Below are positions 16,733 to 25,011 of a stretch of 32,000 nt of DNA, one piece after another (position 1 is the stretch's first letter; each line of letters begins with the position of its first letter). The DNA is taken from assembly GCF_042660085.1 (NCBI RefSeq), contig NZ_JBHSTI010000008.1, positions 1,869,876 through 1,901,875 on the forward strand, given 5' to 3'. The notes beneath the pieces were generated by a model. It saw only the letters and a list, made by a program, of their open reading frames with translations. It did no database searches and was not told the origin of the DNA. Made by a program: the position numbers and the translations under genes. This stretch comes from Longivirga aurantiaca. GTDB lineage: Bacteria; Actinomycetota; Actinomycetes; S36-B12; CAIYMF01.

Positions 16733-17176
16733 TCAGGAGGCTCGCGCCTGCCCCGGGCGCCGGTCGCGCTCGAGGCGGTCCTTCAGCTCCCACACCGACT
16801 GCTTCCAGCGCCGCGCCCTGCGGGCCCGTGCCCGGGCCGCGCGACGCCGGCCCCGGGGATCGGCCGGGAGCGGGAGCGGGCCGCCCGTGGCCCGGTCGAC
16901 CGGGTCGAGGCGCGCGTAGTGGTGCACGAGGACGCCGTCGCCCATCGGTTCGAGCCAGATCTCGAGGGAGCCGCACCACGCCTCGCCGGACACCGACCAC
17001 CGGATCCCGTCGAGGCCGCGGTCCATGAACACCGTGAGCGCGAGCTCGGGCCACCAGCGGGCCCAGGACGCCGGGTCGGCGACCTCGGCCGCCAGCACGG
17101 CCCGGTCGGCCACCACGAACGTCTCGTCCACCAGATCCACGGCCGGCACGGGCCGATCCTGGCACGCTGCGCGCAT
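16733..17176 (-). CDS. Hypothetical SRPBCC-like protein with an Arg-rich tail
   Basis: 147-aa ORF. VADPASWARWWPEL...IRWSVSGEAWCGSLEIWLEP resembles polyketide_cyc2/SRPBCC N-terminal signatures. The C-terminus is highly basic (RGRRRAARARARRARRWK). The start is uncertain. Confidence 0.5.
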   Translation of the reverse strand: MRAACQDRPVPAVDLVDETFVVADRAVLAAEVADPASWARWWPELALTVFMDRGLDGIRWSVSGEAWCGSLEIWLEPMGDGVLVHHYARLDPVDRATGGPLPLPADPRGRRRAARARARRARRWKQSVWELKDRLERDRRPGQARAS

Positions 17177-17255
17177 CCGCCGTGTCGCGTGGCGTGGATC
17201 ACACGGACAACTTAGGGTGTCCTTAGTTACTCACGCGTCCCCCCAGGAGGAGATC

Positions 17256-19049
17256 GTGCGCGAGCACCACGAACCGGCCCTTGTCCCCGTCCCCTTGTCG
17301 GTACGGCTGACCGACGACGTCGTGCGGCACGCCGCCGAGGCGCCGGACGGGGTGGCGCTGTCCCGACGCGTCGGCGGCACCTGGATCCCGGTGACGGCCG
17401 CCCGCTTCGCCGAGGAGGTGCGCGCGGTCGCCCGCGGACTGGTCGCGACCGGGGTGTCGCCCGGCGACCGGGTCGCCATCATGAGCCGCACCCGCTACGA
17501 GTGGACCGTCGCCGACTACGCCGTGTGGTGGGCCGGGGCCGTCGTCGTGCCGATCTACGAGACGTCCTCGGCGGAGCAGGTCGAGTGGATCCTGTCCGAC
17601 TCCGGGGCGGTGGCGGTGTTCCTCGAGTCGTCACGACACGTCGACCTCTTCGCCGAGGTGTCCGACCGGCTGCCGGGCGTGCGCGACGTGCACGTGTTCG
17701 ACGACGGCGGCCTCGACACCCTCGCCAGCCAGGGCACCGGCATCGCCGACGACGAGCTCGAGGCTCGGCGCACCTCCGCCGGCGCCGACGACCTGGCGAC
17801 GATCATCTACACCTCGGGCACCACGGGCCGCCCGAAGGGCTGCGAGCTGACCCACGGCAACTTCGCGTTCGAGGCCGAGAACGTCGTCGCCGCCACGCCG
17901 GAGGTCTTCAAGCAGCCCGGGGCCTCCACGCTGCTGTTCCTCCCGCTCGCGCACGTGTTCGGCCGCATCATCGAGGTGGCGTGCATCCACGGCCGGGTCA
18001 ACCTCGGGCACGCGCCCGACCCGACCAAGCTCACCGAGGACCTGCCCGGCTTCCGCCCCACGTTCCTGCTCGCCGTGCCGCGCGTGTTCGAGAAGGTGTT
18101 CAACGGCGCCCAGCAGAAGGCCATCGCGGCGGGCAAGGGCTCGATCTTCGACAAGGCCGCGCACACGGCCGAGGAGTACAGCCGTGCGCTCGACTCCGGC
18201 TCCGTCGGCGTCGGTCTGCGCGTGCGGCACGCGCTGTTCGACCGGCTCGTCTACTCCAAGCTGCGCACTGCCCTCGGCGGACGCGTGCAGTGGGCGGTGT
18301 CGGGCGGGGCGCCGCTCGGCGACCGGCTCGGCCACTTCTTCCGCGGGATCGGCGTCACGATCCTGGAGGGGTACGGCCTCACCGAGACGGCCGGGGCGAC
18401 CACCGTCAACCGGCCGACCATGCTGCGCGTCGGCTCGGTGGGCCGGCCGTTCCCCGGGGCCGGGGTGGCGATCGCCGACGACGGCGAGGTGCTGCTGCGC
18501 GGACCGCACGTGTTCCGCGGCTACTACAACAACCCCACGGCGAGCGCCGAGGTGCTGCAGGAGGACGGCTGGTTCCGTACCGGCGATCTCGGCGAGCTCG
18601 ACGCCGACGGATACCTGTCGATCACCGGGCGCAAGAAGGAGCTGCTCGTCACCGCCGGGGGCAAGAACGTGGCTCCGGCCGTCCTCGAGGACCGCGTCCG
18701 GGCCCACTGGCTCGTGAGCCAGTGCATGGTCGTCGGCGACAACAAGCCCTACATCGGCGCGCTCATCACCCTCGACCCCGAGTCCCTCCCCTCGTGGGTC
18801 GCGCAGAACGGGAAGGACCCCTCGCTGACCGCGGCCGAGCTCGCCTCCGACCCTGACCTCGTCGCCGAGCTCCAGCGGGCGGTGGACGAGGCCAACAAAG
18901 CCGTCTCGCAGGCCGAGTCGATCCGCCGCTTCCGGGTGCTCACCGTCGACTGGACCGAGGCCACGGGCGAGCTCACGCCGTCGATGAAGCTGCGCCGAGG
19001 GGTCGTGATGAAGGAGTTCGGCGGTGAGGTGGAGTCGCTCTACGTGTAG
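17256..19049 (+). CDS. fadD: Long-chain fatty-acid--CoA ligase (AMP-dependent synthetase, FadD15-like)
   Basis: Track ORF 17025..19049, trimmed to GTG 17256 with AGGAGGAG 5 nt upstream (VREHHEPALV). It has the AMP-binding motif IIYTSGTTGRPKGC, plus GYGLTET, TGDLGELDADGYLSITGRKKE and GELTPSMKLRR. Confidence 0.9.
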   Translation: MREHHEPALVPVPLSVRLTDDVVRHAAEAPDGVALSRRVGGTWIPVTAARFAEEVRAVARGLVATGVSPGDRVAIMSRTRYEWTVADYAVWWAGAVVVPIYETSSAEQVEWILSDSGAVAVFLESSRHVDLFAEVSDRLPGVRDVHVFDDGGLDTLASQGTGIADDELEARRTSAGADDLATIIYTSGTTGRPKGCELTHGNFAFEAENVVAATPEVFKQPGASTLLFLPLAHVFGRIIEVACIHGRVNLGHAPDPTKLTEDLPGFRPTFLLAVPRVFEKVFNGAQQKAIAAGKGSIFDKAAHTAEEYSRALDSGSVGVGLRVRHALFDRLVYSKLRTALGGRVQWAVSGGAPLGDRLGHFFRGIGVTILEGYGLTETAGATTVNRPTMLRVGSVGRPFPGAGVAIADDGEVLLRGPHVFRGYYNNPTASAEVLQEDGWFRTGDLGELDADGYLSITGRKKELLVTAGGKNVAPAVLEDRVRAHWLVSQCMVVGDNKPYIGALITLDPESLPSWVAQNGKDPSLTAAELASDPDLVAELQRAVDEANKAVSQAESIRRFRVLTVDWTEATGELTPSMKLRRGVVMKEFGGEVESLYV

Positions 19050-19100
19050 GCGACGCCTAGCCCGTACGCACCACACCGACGCGCCCCGCGGCCGCGACCG

Positions 19101-19838
19101 GTGCAGGATCCTCCTATGACCGAGACGGGGGCCGCGGCTGCGGCCGTGGACGTGCGCGGCCTGTCGGTGTCGTTCGCCTCCGTGCACGCCGTCGACGGGC
19201 TCGACCTGCGCGTGCCCGCAGGCGGCGCGGTCGCGCTCGTCGGCCGCAACGGGGCCGGCAAGTCCACCACCCTCCGCGTGCTGGGCGGGGTCCTGCCTCC
19301 GAGCAGCGGGACGGTGGTCGTCGCCGGCGTGGACGCCGTCCTCGAGCCGAGGCGCGCCCGCGAGGTGGTGGGCTACTGCCCCGACGTCGGCGGCCTCATC
19401 CCCCGCGCCACCCCCTGGGAGCACCTGCAGCTCGCGGCGCGGCTGCGCGGGCTCGACCGCTGGGAGGAGCGCGCCCGCGAGCTGCTGGAGCGCTTCGACC
19501 TCGCGGGCGCATCGGACCGGGTGACCGCCGGCTTCTCGCACGGCATGAGCCGCCGCCTGTCCGTGCTCCTGGCGGCGTTCCACGAGCCGGCCGTGCTCCT
19601 GCTCGACGAGCCGTTCGACGGCGTCGACCCGCTCGGCGTCGAGGCCACGCTCGAGGAGATCCGTCGCGCCCGCATGCGCGGCGCCGCCGTCCTCGTCTCG
19701 ACCCATCTGCTCGGCCTCGCGGTGCAGGCGTGCGAGGAGGCGGTGGTCCTGCGCGGGGGACGCGTGGTCTCCGCCGCGCCCGCCGCCGACCTCGCCGGCG
19801 ACGAGGGCGCGGCGCGCTACCGGGCCCTGCTCTCGTGA
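19101..19838 (+). CDS. ABC transporter ATP-binding protein
   Basis: 245-aa ORF. The start is ambiguous (GTG 19101 or ATG 19116). It has Walker A GRNGAGKSTT, the signature variant FSHGMSRRL, and Walker B LLLDEPFDGVD. The stop overlaps the next start (GTGA, 19835-19838). Confidence 0.85.
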   Translation: MQDPPMTETGAAAAAVDVRGLSVSFASVHAVDGLDLRVPAGGAVALVGRNGAGKSTTLRVLGGVLPPSSGTVVVAGVDAVLEPRRAREVVGYCPDVGGLIPRATPWEHLQLAARLRGLDRWEERARELLERFDLAGASDRVTAGFSHGMSRRLSVLLAAFHEPAVLLLDEPFDGVDPLGVEATLEEIRRARMRGAAVLVSTHLLGLAVQACEEAVVLRGGRVVSAAPAADLAGDEGAARYRALLS

Positions 19839-21397
19839 GCGCGGGTCAGGTCGGCCCGCTGTTCGCCCTGCGCTGGCGGATGATCCGCTCGCGCGCGGTC
19901 CAGTCCGGCCTGGCCGTGCTCGGCGTCTCGGCGCTCGGGCTCATCGTCCTCGGCGTCGTGGGCGGGGCCGCGTCGCGGCTCGGACGCGCGACGGCGTCCG
20001 ACATCGGGCTCGGCGACCTCGGCGGCGCGGTCGACCGCACCGGCGAGGTCGCGGCCCTGCTGCCCTCGGCGATGCTCGCGTTCGCGCTGCTGTGCATCGT
20101 GGCGCCGCTCGCGGCGGGTGGCGGCCAGGAGCTGATCCCGGAATCGCAGCTCGTGGCCTACCCCGTCCGCATCGCGACGCTGGTGCGCATCGGGTTCCTG
20201 CTCTCGCCGCTCAACATCGCGTGGTACCTCCAGGTGCTGCTGCTCACCGCCGCCACCGGGTACGCCGTCCGCGGCGACGCCGGGCCGCTCCCACCGGTCG
20301 GGGTCCTCGTCGCCTACCTGATCGCCTGCACGGCGGTCGGGCAGGCCCTCGGCTGGGGCATCGTGGGTGTGCGCCGCACCCGGAGCGGCCGCCGGTCCAC
20401 CTGGGCCCTGCTCGGAGTGCTGGTCGCGATCGGCGGCTGGGTCGTCGTCACGGACCGGGGGGCGGCTCTGCTCGACAAGAGCCCCACGTTGAGCGTGCTC
20501 GGGGCCCAGCTCCAGGCCGCGGCGCTGGTCCCCTCCGGCTTTGTGCCGTTCGTGGTCGGCTGCCTGGTCGTCACCGCCCTCGGCTACCTGGTGGCCGTAC
20601 GCGTCGCCGCCTGGGCGCTGCGCAGGCCCGGCGACCAGGGCGTCGACGGCCCGCTCGCCCGCCCGGTCGCACGGCGCCCGTTCGAGTCCGCGCCGACGGC
20701 GTACCGGATGCTCCTGCGCGTCGACCGCGCCTCGCTGTGGCGCTCTCCCCCGCTCCGGCGAGGGCTGCTCGTGCTCGGCGTCCTCCCGGTCGCGGCGGCC
20801 GCGCTCGCCTCGCTGCCGTGGTCGTCCATCGCCCTGCTCCCCGCGCTCGTCGCGTCCGGTGCCGCGCTCCTGTTCGGAGTCAACGCGATGTGCCTCGACG
20901 GCTCGGGGGCGCTGTGGATCTCGACGCTGCCGCACGACGCCGAGGTCGTGCTCCGCAGCAAGGCGCGGGTCGTGGCCGAGGTCTGCAGCGCGCCCGTCGC
21001 GCTCGTCCTCGTGGGCGCGGGCCTACGGGCGAGCGCCCCGCCCGACCTCGTCGACATCGTCGCCACGGTCGGCGCAGCGGTGAGCTGCACGGCGCTCGTC
21101 GTCGCCACGGCGATGCGCCTGTCCGTCACCCGCCCGCACCGCGCCGACCTGCGCGGGCCGCGCGACACGCCCGCCCCGCCGGGCACCATGGCCGTGTACT
21201 CGGCGCGCCTCGCCCTCGTCACGACCACCATCGGGCTCGGCTTCTCCGCCGCCACCATCGGCGACTCGATCCTGCCTCCCCTGCTCCTCACCCTCGGGCT
21301 CCTGGCCTGGGCGGCCTACTCGTGGTCCCGCACCCGACGCCTCTGGAGCGACCCGGTGCGGCGCGCCCACGTGGTCACCACGGTCGCGGCGGGCTGA
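19835..21397 (+). CDS. Large polytopic membrane protein, putative permease partner of the ABC ATPase
   Basis: Track ORF 19730..21397, trimmed to GTG 19835 (VSAGQVGPLFALRWRMIRSR). About 520 aa with roughly 12 hydrophobic segments in two similar halves. It is translationally coupled to the ATPase. I recognise no family signature. Confidence 0.65.
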   Translation: MSAGQVGPLFALRWRMIRSRAVQSGLAVLGVSALGLIVLGVVGGAASRLGRATASDIGLGDLGGAVDRTGEVAALLPSAMLAFALLCIVAPLAAGGGQELIPESQLVAYPVRIATLVRIGFLLSPLNIAWYLQVLLLTAATGYAVRGDAGPLPPVGVLVAYLIACTAVGQALGWGIVGVRRTRSGRRSTWALLGVLVAIGGWVVVTDRGAALLDKSPTLSVLGAQLQAAALVPSGFVPFVVGCLVVTALGYLVAVRVAAWALRRPGDQGVDGPLARPVARRPFESAPTAYRMLLRVDRASLWRSPPLRRGLLVLGVLPVAAAALASLPWSSIALLPALVASGAALLFGVNAMCLDGSGALWISTLPHDAEVVLRSKARVVAEVCSAPVALVLVGAGLRASAPPDLVDIVATVGAAVSCTALVVATAMRLSVTRPHRADLRGPRDTPAPPGTMAVYSARLALVTTTIGLGFSAATIGDSILPPLLLTLGLLAWAAYSWSRTRRLWSDPVRRAHVVTTVAAG

Positions 21398-21654
21398 CCG
21401 GGCGCCCGTTCCGGGCCGCGTCTCACCTCAGGTGACGGTCCGATGGCCGCACGGTCACAAAGGGTCATACGTTCGGACGATCCGGCGTACCGATCGGCGC
21501 AACCGACGTTGCGCAGCGTTCGCACGCACCGCGCGACCGCTAGCGTACGTGCGGGGCCATCGTCAGGGTGGTGGCGCCCACCGGGGGGTTCGTCCTCGAG
21601 CCGCCCGGTGTCCGCAGAGCCGCGCACGTCGTGGTCGCACCGCGAGAGGTCCTC

Positions 21655-22374
21655 ATGGGTCGTCGCACGATTCTGCTCATCGCCGCACTGCTGGCCGCCG
21701 TCCTCGGCGTCGTCCTGGTGTTCCTCTACGCGGACAACGCGCGCAAGGAAGGCTTCGAGAACCAGACCCTCGTCAAGGTCATCGTGGCCAAGTCCGAGAT
21801 CGCGGCCGGCACCACCGGCGCGGCCGCCTCGGGCGCGGGCGCCTTCGAGGAGAAGGAGATCCCGCAGGAGGCGGCCGCAGCCACCGCGCTGTCCGACGCC
21901 ACTCCGCTGCAGGACCTCGTCGCGCTCACGACCATCTTCCCCGGCCAGCAGATCATCAGCCAGCAGTGGGGCACCGCCGGCCAGCTGACGCGCCTGCCCC
22001 TCCCCGAGGGCAAGATCGCGCTCTCGCTGCAGCTCGGCGACCCCGAGCGCGTCGCCGGCTTCGTCTCCCCCGGGTCGACCGTCGCCATCTTCGCGACGGG
22101 TGGCCCCCGCGTCCGGACCCTGCTGGCCGGAGTGACCGTCATCGGCGTCGGCGCGACGGGCCTCAACTCGGCCCCCACGCCCGAGGGGGAGCAGCAGACC
22201 TCGTCCGCGATCCTCACCCTCGCCCTGACCCAGGCCGAGGCCGAGAAGATCATCTACGCCCAGGGTGGAGCGGCCGGATCGACGTACACCGGCCTCTACT
22301 TCGCCCTCATGGACGACAAGTCCGAGGTCACCCCGAACGACCCGGGCGTCGACGACACCAACCTGTTCCGCTGA
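21655..22374 (+). CDS. cpaB: Flp pilus assembly protein CpaB/RcpC
   Basis: Track ORF 21568..22374, trimmed to ATG 21655 (MGRRTILLIAALLAAVLGVVLVFLY). It has a single N-terminal TM followed by SAF-like and RcpC-like regions (VKVIVAKSEIAAGT ... IFPGQQI ... VAGFVSPGSTVAIF ... VTVIGVG ... LALTQAEAEKI). Confidence 0.85.
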   Translation: MGRRTILLIAALLAAVLGVVLVFLYADNARKEGFENQTLVKVIVAKSEIAAGTTGAAASGAGAFEEKEIPQEAAAATALSDATPLQDLVALTTIFPGQQIISQQWGTAGQLTRLPLPEGKIALSLQLGDPERVAGFVSPGSTVAIFATGGPRVRTLLAGVTVIGVGATGLNSAPTPEGEQQTSSAILTLALTQAEAEKIIYAQGGAAGSTYTGLYFALMDDKSEVTPNDPGVDDTNLFR

Positions 22375-22426
22375 GCGCGGCCCGCACCACCGAAGCCGAC
22401 AGCACGAGGGAACGAGGGCACGCAAC

Positions 22427-23623
22427 ATGACCGCGATCGTCGAGTTCGACCCGGTGGGCGTCGACTCCATCAAGGGCGCCCTGGGCGCGGACGCCCTCGT
22501 GCTGCCGAGCCTCGACATCCTGCGGACGCATCTCGACACCAACCCGTTCGAGGACTGCATCGTGCTCGGGCCGAGTGTCGACCAGCAGGACGTCTTCGCC
22601 CTGGCCGAGTCGTTGCGCGTCACTCGGCCGAGCCTCGGCGTGGTCATGGTCCGGCGGCGCATCGACACCGCGGTGCTCTCGGACTCGCTCCGGGCGGGCG
22701 TGCGCGAGGTGGTGCAGGAGCGCGATCTCGCGGGTCTCGCGATGGCAGTACGGCGCCAGCGCGACATCGCATCACGGCTTCGCCACCAGCTCGAGCGCGG
22801 TGACGAGGTCGTCAGCTCGAGCACGCACGGCCGCGTCGTCACGGTGTTCTCGGCGAAGGGTGGCTGCGGGAAGACCACCCTCGCCACCAACATCGCCACC
22901 GCCATCGCCGCCAGCGGCAAGGGCACGGTGGCCCTCCTCGACCTCGACCTCGCGTTCGGCGACGTCGCGATCGCGCTGCAGCTCTTCCCCACCCACACGA
23001 TCGGGGACGCGGTCGCGATCGGCGAGGACCTCGACGGCGAAGCCGTGCGGGGCCTCCTCACGGCGCACCGCAGCGGTGTTCAGGCGCTCGTCGCACCGAT
23101 GGAGCCGAGCACCGCCGACACCATCAGCGTCGGGCTCGTCACCAGCATCATCGACGTGCTGCGCGACGAGTTCGACTACGTCATCATCGACACGCCCCCG
23201 GCGCTCGACGACAACGTGCTGTCGGCGTTCGACCGCAGCGATGTGGTGGCCCTGCTCGCCACCCTCGACATCCCGGCGCTGAAGAACCTCAAGCTGACGC
23301 TGGAGACCCTCGACCTCATCGGGTACCCCCGCGACCGGCTCAAGGTCGTCCTCAACCGCGCCGACTCCAAGGTGGGTCTCGCGCTGTCCGAGGTGGAGAA
23401 GACCCTCAAGGCACCGATCGTCGCGCAGATCCCCTCGAGCAGGGACGTCCCCGCCTCGACCAACCGTGGCGTCGCCATCGTCGTCGACGAACCGAAGAAC
23501 CCCGTCAGCCTCGCCATCAAGGCCTTCGTGGACGAGAACATCCTCGTGACGGCGAGCAACGACGACACCATCCCGCCCCAGCTCCGAGCAGACAGGCGCT
23601 CCGGCCGCCTGTGGAGGAGGTAG
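22427..23623 (+). CDS. cpaE: CpaE/TadZ-type pilus localisation ATPase (atypical receiver domain + MinD/ParA ATPase)
   Basis: Track ORF 22265..23623, trimmed to ATG 22427 (MTAIVEFDP). The N-terminal ~120 aa are receiver-like without an obvious acidic pocket. It has a deviant Walker A (VFSAKGGCGKTTLATN) and Walker B (YVIIDTPP). Confidence 0.85.
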   Translation: MTAIVEFDPVGVDSIKGALGADALVLPSLDILRTHLDTNPFEDCIVLGPSVDQQDVFALAESLRVTRPSLGVVMVRRRIDTAVLSDSLRAGVREVVQERDLAGLAMAVRRQRDIASRLRHQLERGDEVVSSSTHGRVVTVFSAKGGCGKTTLATNIATAIAASGKGTVALLDLDLAFGDVAIALQLFPTHTIGDAVAIGEDLDGEAVRGLLTAHRSGVQALVAPMEPSTADTISVGLVTSIIDVLRDEFDYVIIDTPPALDDNVLSAFDRSDVVALLATLDIPALKNLKLTLETLDLIGYPRDRLKVVLNRADSKVGLALSEVEKTLKAPIVAQIPSSRDVPASTNRGVAIVVDEPKNPVSLAIKAFVDENILVTASNDDTIPPQLRADRRSGRLWRR

Positions 23624-23625
23624 TC

Positions 23626-25008
23626 GTGAGCCTCGCCGATCGTCTGGCCCAGGCACGTCGCAGCCGTTCGGGCACGCTTCCCGAAGGTGAGCCCGAGGGC
23701 GGCCCGCGCTCGCGTCGTACCGCGAGCGTCGATCCGTACAGCGAGCTCAAGCGTGCCGTGCACGCCAGCCTGCTCGAGAGCCTCGGGCCGCAGCTCTACG
23801 ACTCGCGCCTCACCGAGAACGAGCTCGAGTCCAAGGTTCGCGCCACCCTGCAGGAGGTCCTCGCCAACGAGGACACCCCGCTGACGGTCCAGGACCGCGC
23901 CCGGCTCTCGCAGGAGATCGCCGACGACATCCTCGGCTACGGCCCGCTTGAGCCCTTCCTGCGCGACGCCGAGGTCACCGAGGTCATGGTGAACGGCCCG
24001 TCGATGATCTACGTCGAGCGCGCCGGACGTCTCCACGCTGTCGACGGGCACTTCAACGACGACGCGCACCTCCGACGCACGATCGAGAAGATCGTGGCCC
24101 GCGTCGGTCGGCGCATCGACGAGGCCTCACCGATGGTCGACGCACGCCTGCCCGACGGCTCGCGCGTCAACGCGATCGTGCCGCCGCTGTCGATCGACGG
24201 ACCGATGCTCACGATCCGCAAGTTCGCCGCGGACCCCTACGGCGCCGAGGACCTCATCTCCTTCGGCACGATGACGAACGCCGTCGCGGAGTTCCTCGCG
24301 GACTGCGTGCGCGGGCGCCTGAACGTGATGGTCTCCGGCGGAACCGGCGCCGGAAAGACCACCACCCTCAACGTCCTCTCCTCGTTCATCCCGGACGACG
24401 AGCGGATCATCACCATCGAGGACGCCGCCGAGCTCCAGCTGCACCAGGAGCACGTCGTGCGCCTCGAGTCGCGGCCGCCGAACATCGAGGGCAAGGGCGA
24501 GATCAAGATCCGCGACCTGGTCCGCAACTCGCTTCGTATGCGCCCCGACCGCATCGTGGTCGGCGAGATCCGCGACGCCGCGGCCCTGGACATGCTCCAG
24601 GCCATGAACACCGGCCACGACGGCTCCATTTGCACCGCGCACTCCAACGGCCCCCGCGACACGCTCTCCCGGGTCGAGACCATGGTGCTCATGGCCGGTG
24701 CCGACCTGCCGCTCAAGGCCATCCGCGAGCAGGTCTCGAGCGCCCTGGACCTCATCGTGCACCAGTCCCGCTTCCGCGACGGTTCGCGGCGCATCACCCA
24801 CGTGACCGAGGTCGTGGGCATGGAGGGCGACGTCGTCACGCTGCAGGACATCTTCGTGTTCGACCACAGCGCCGGCTACGGGGAGACCGGACAGGCCCTG
24901 GGGCAGCTCCGCTCGACCGGGCTGCGCCCCAAGTTCCTGGACAAGCTCGCCGCGAGCGGAGTCATCGTCGACCCGTCGATCTTCGCCTTCGAGAAGTTCG
25001 GAGCCTGA
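23626..25008 (+). CDS. cpaF: CpaF/TadA secretion ATPase
   Basis: Track ORF 23611..25008. The likely start is GTG 23626, 5 nt after GGAGGAGG and 3 nt after the cpaE stop. It has Walker [14 protein letters not shown] and Walker B/Asp box [10 protein letters not shown], plus [13 protein letters not shown] and the His box [14 protein letters not shown]. Confidence 0.92.
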   Translation: MSLADRLAQARRSRSGTLPEGEPEGGPRSRRTASVDPYSELKRAVHASLLESLGPQLYDSRLTENELESKVRATLQEVLANEDTPLTVQDRARLSQEIADDILGYGPLEPFLRDAEVTEVMVNGPSMIYVERAGRLHAVDGHFNDDAHLRRTIEKIVARVGRRIDEASPMVDARLPDGSRVNAIVPPLSIDGPMLTIRKFAADPYGAEDLISFGTMTNAVAEFLADCVRGRLNVMVSGGTGAGKTTTLNVLSSFIPDDERIITIEDAAELQLHQEHVVRLESRPPNIEGKGEIKIRDLVRNSLRMRPDRIVVGEIRDAAALDMLQAMNTGHDGSICTAHSNGPRDTLSRVETMVLMAGADLPLKAIREQVSSALDLIVHQSRFRDGSRRITHVTEVVGMEGDVVTLQDIFVFDHSAGYGETGQALGQLRSTGLRPKFLDKLAASGVIVDPSIFAFEKFGA

Positions 25009-25011
25009 CCC

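Noticed and set aside
21519-21546. Possible cpaB promoter TTCGCA-16 nt-TAGCGT.
   Set aside because: The -35 box matches at only 4 of 6 positions, and such matches are frequent by chance. There is no supporting evidence such as a TSS or conservation, so it is too weak to list as a feature.
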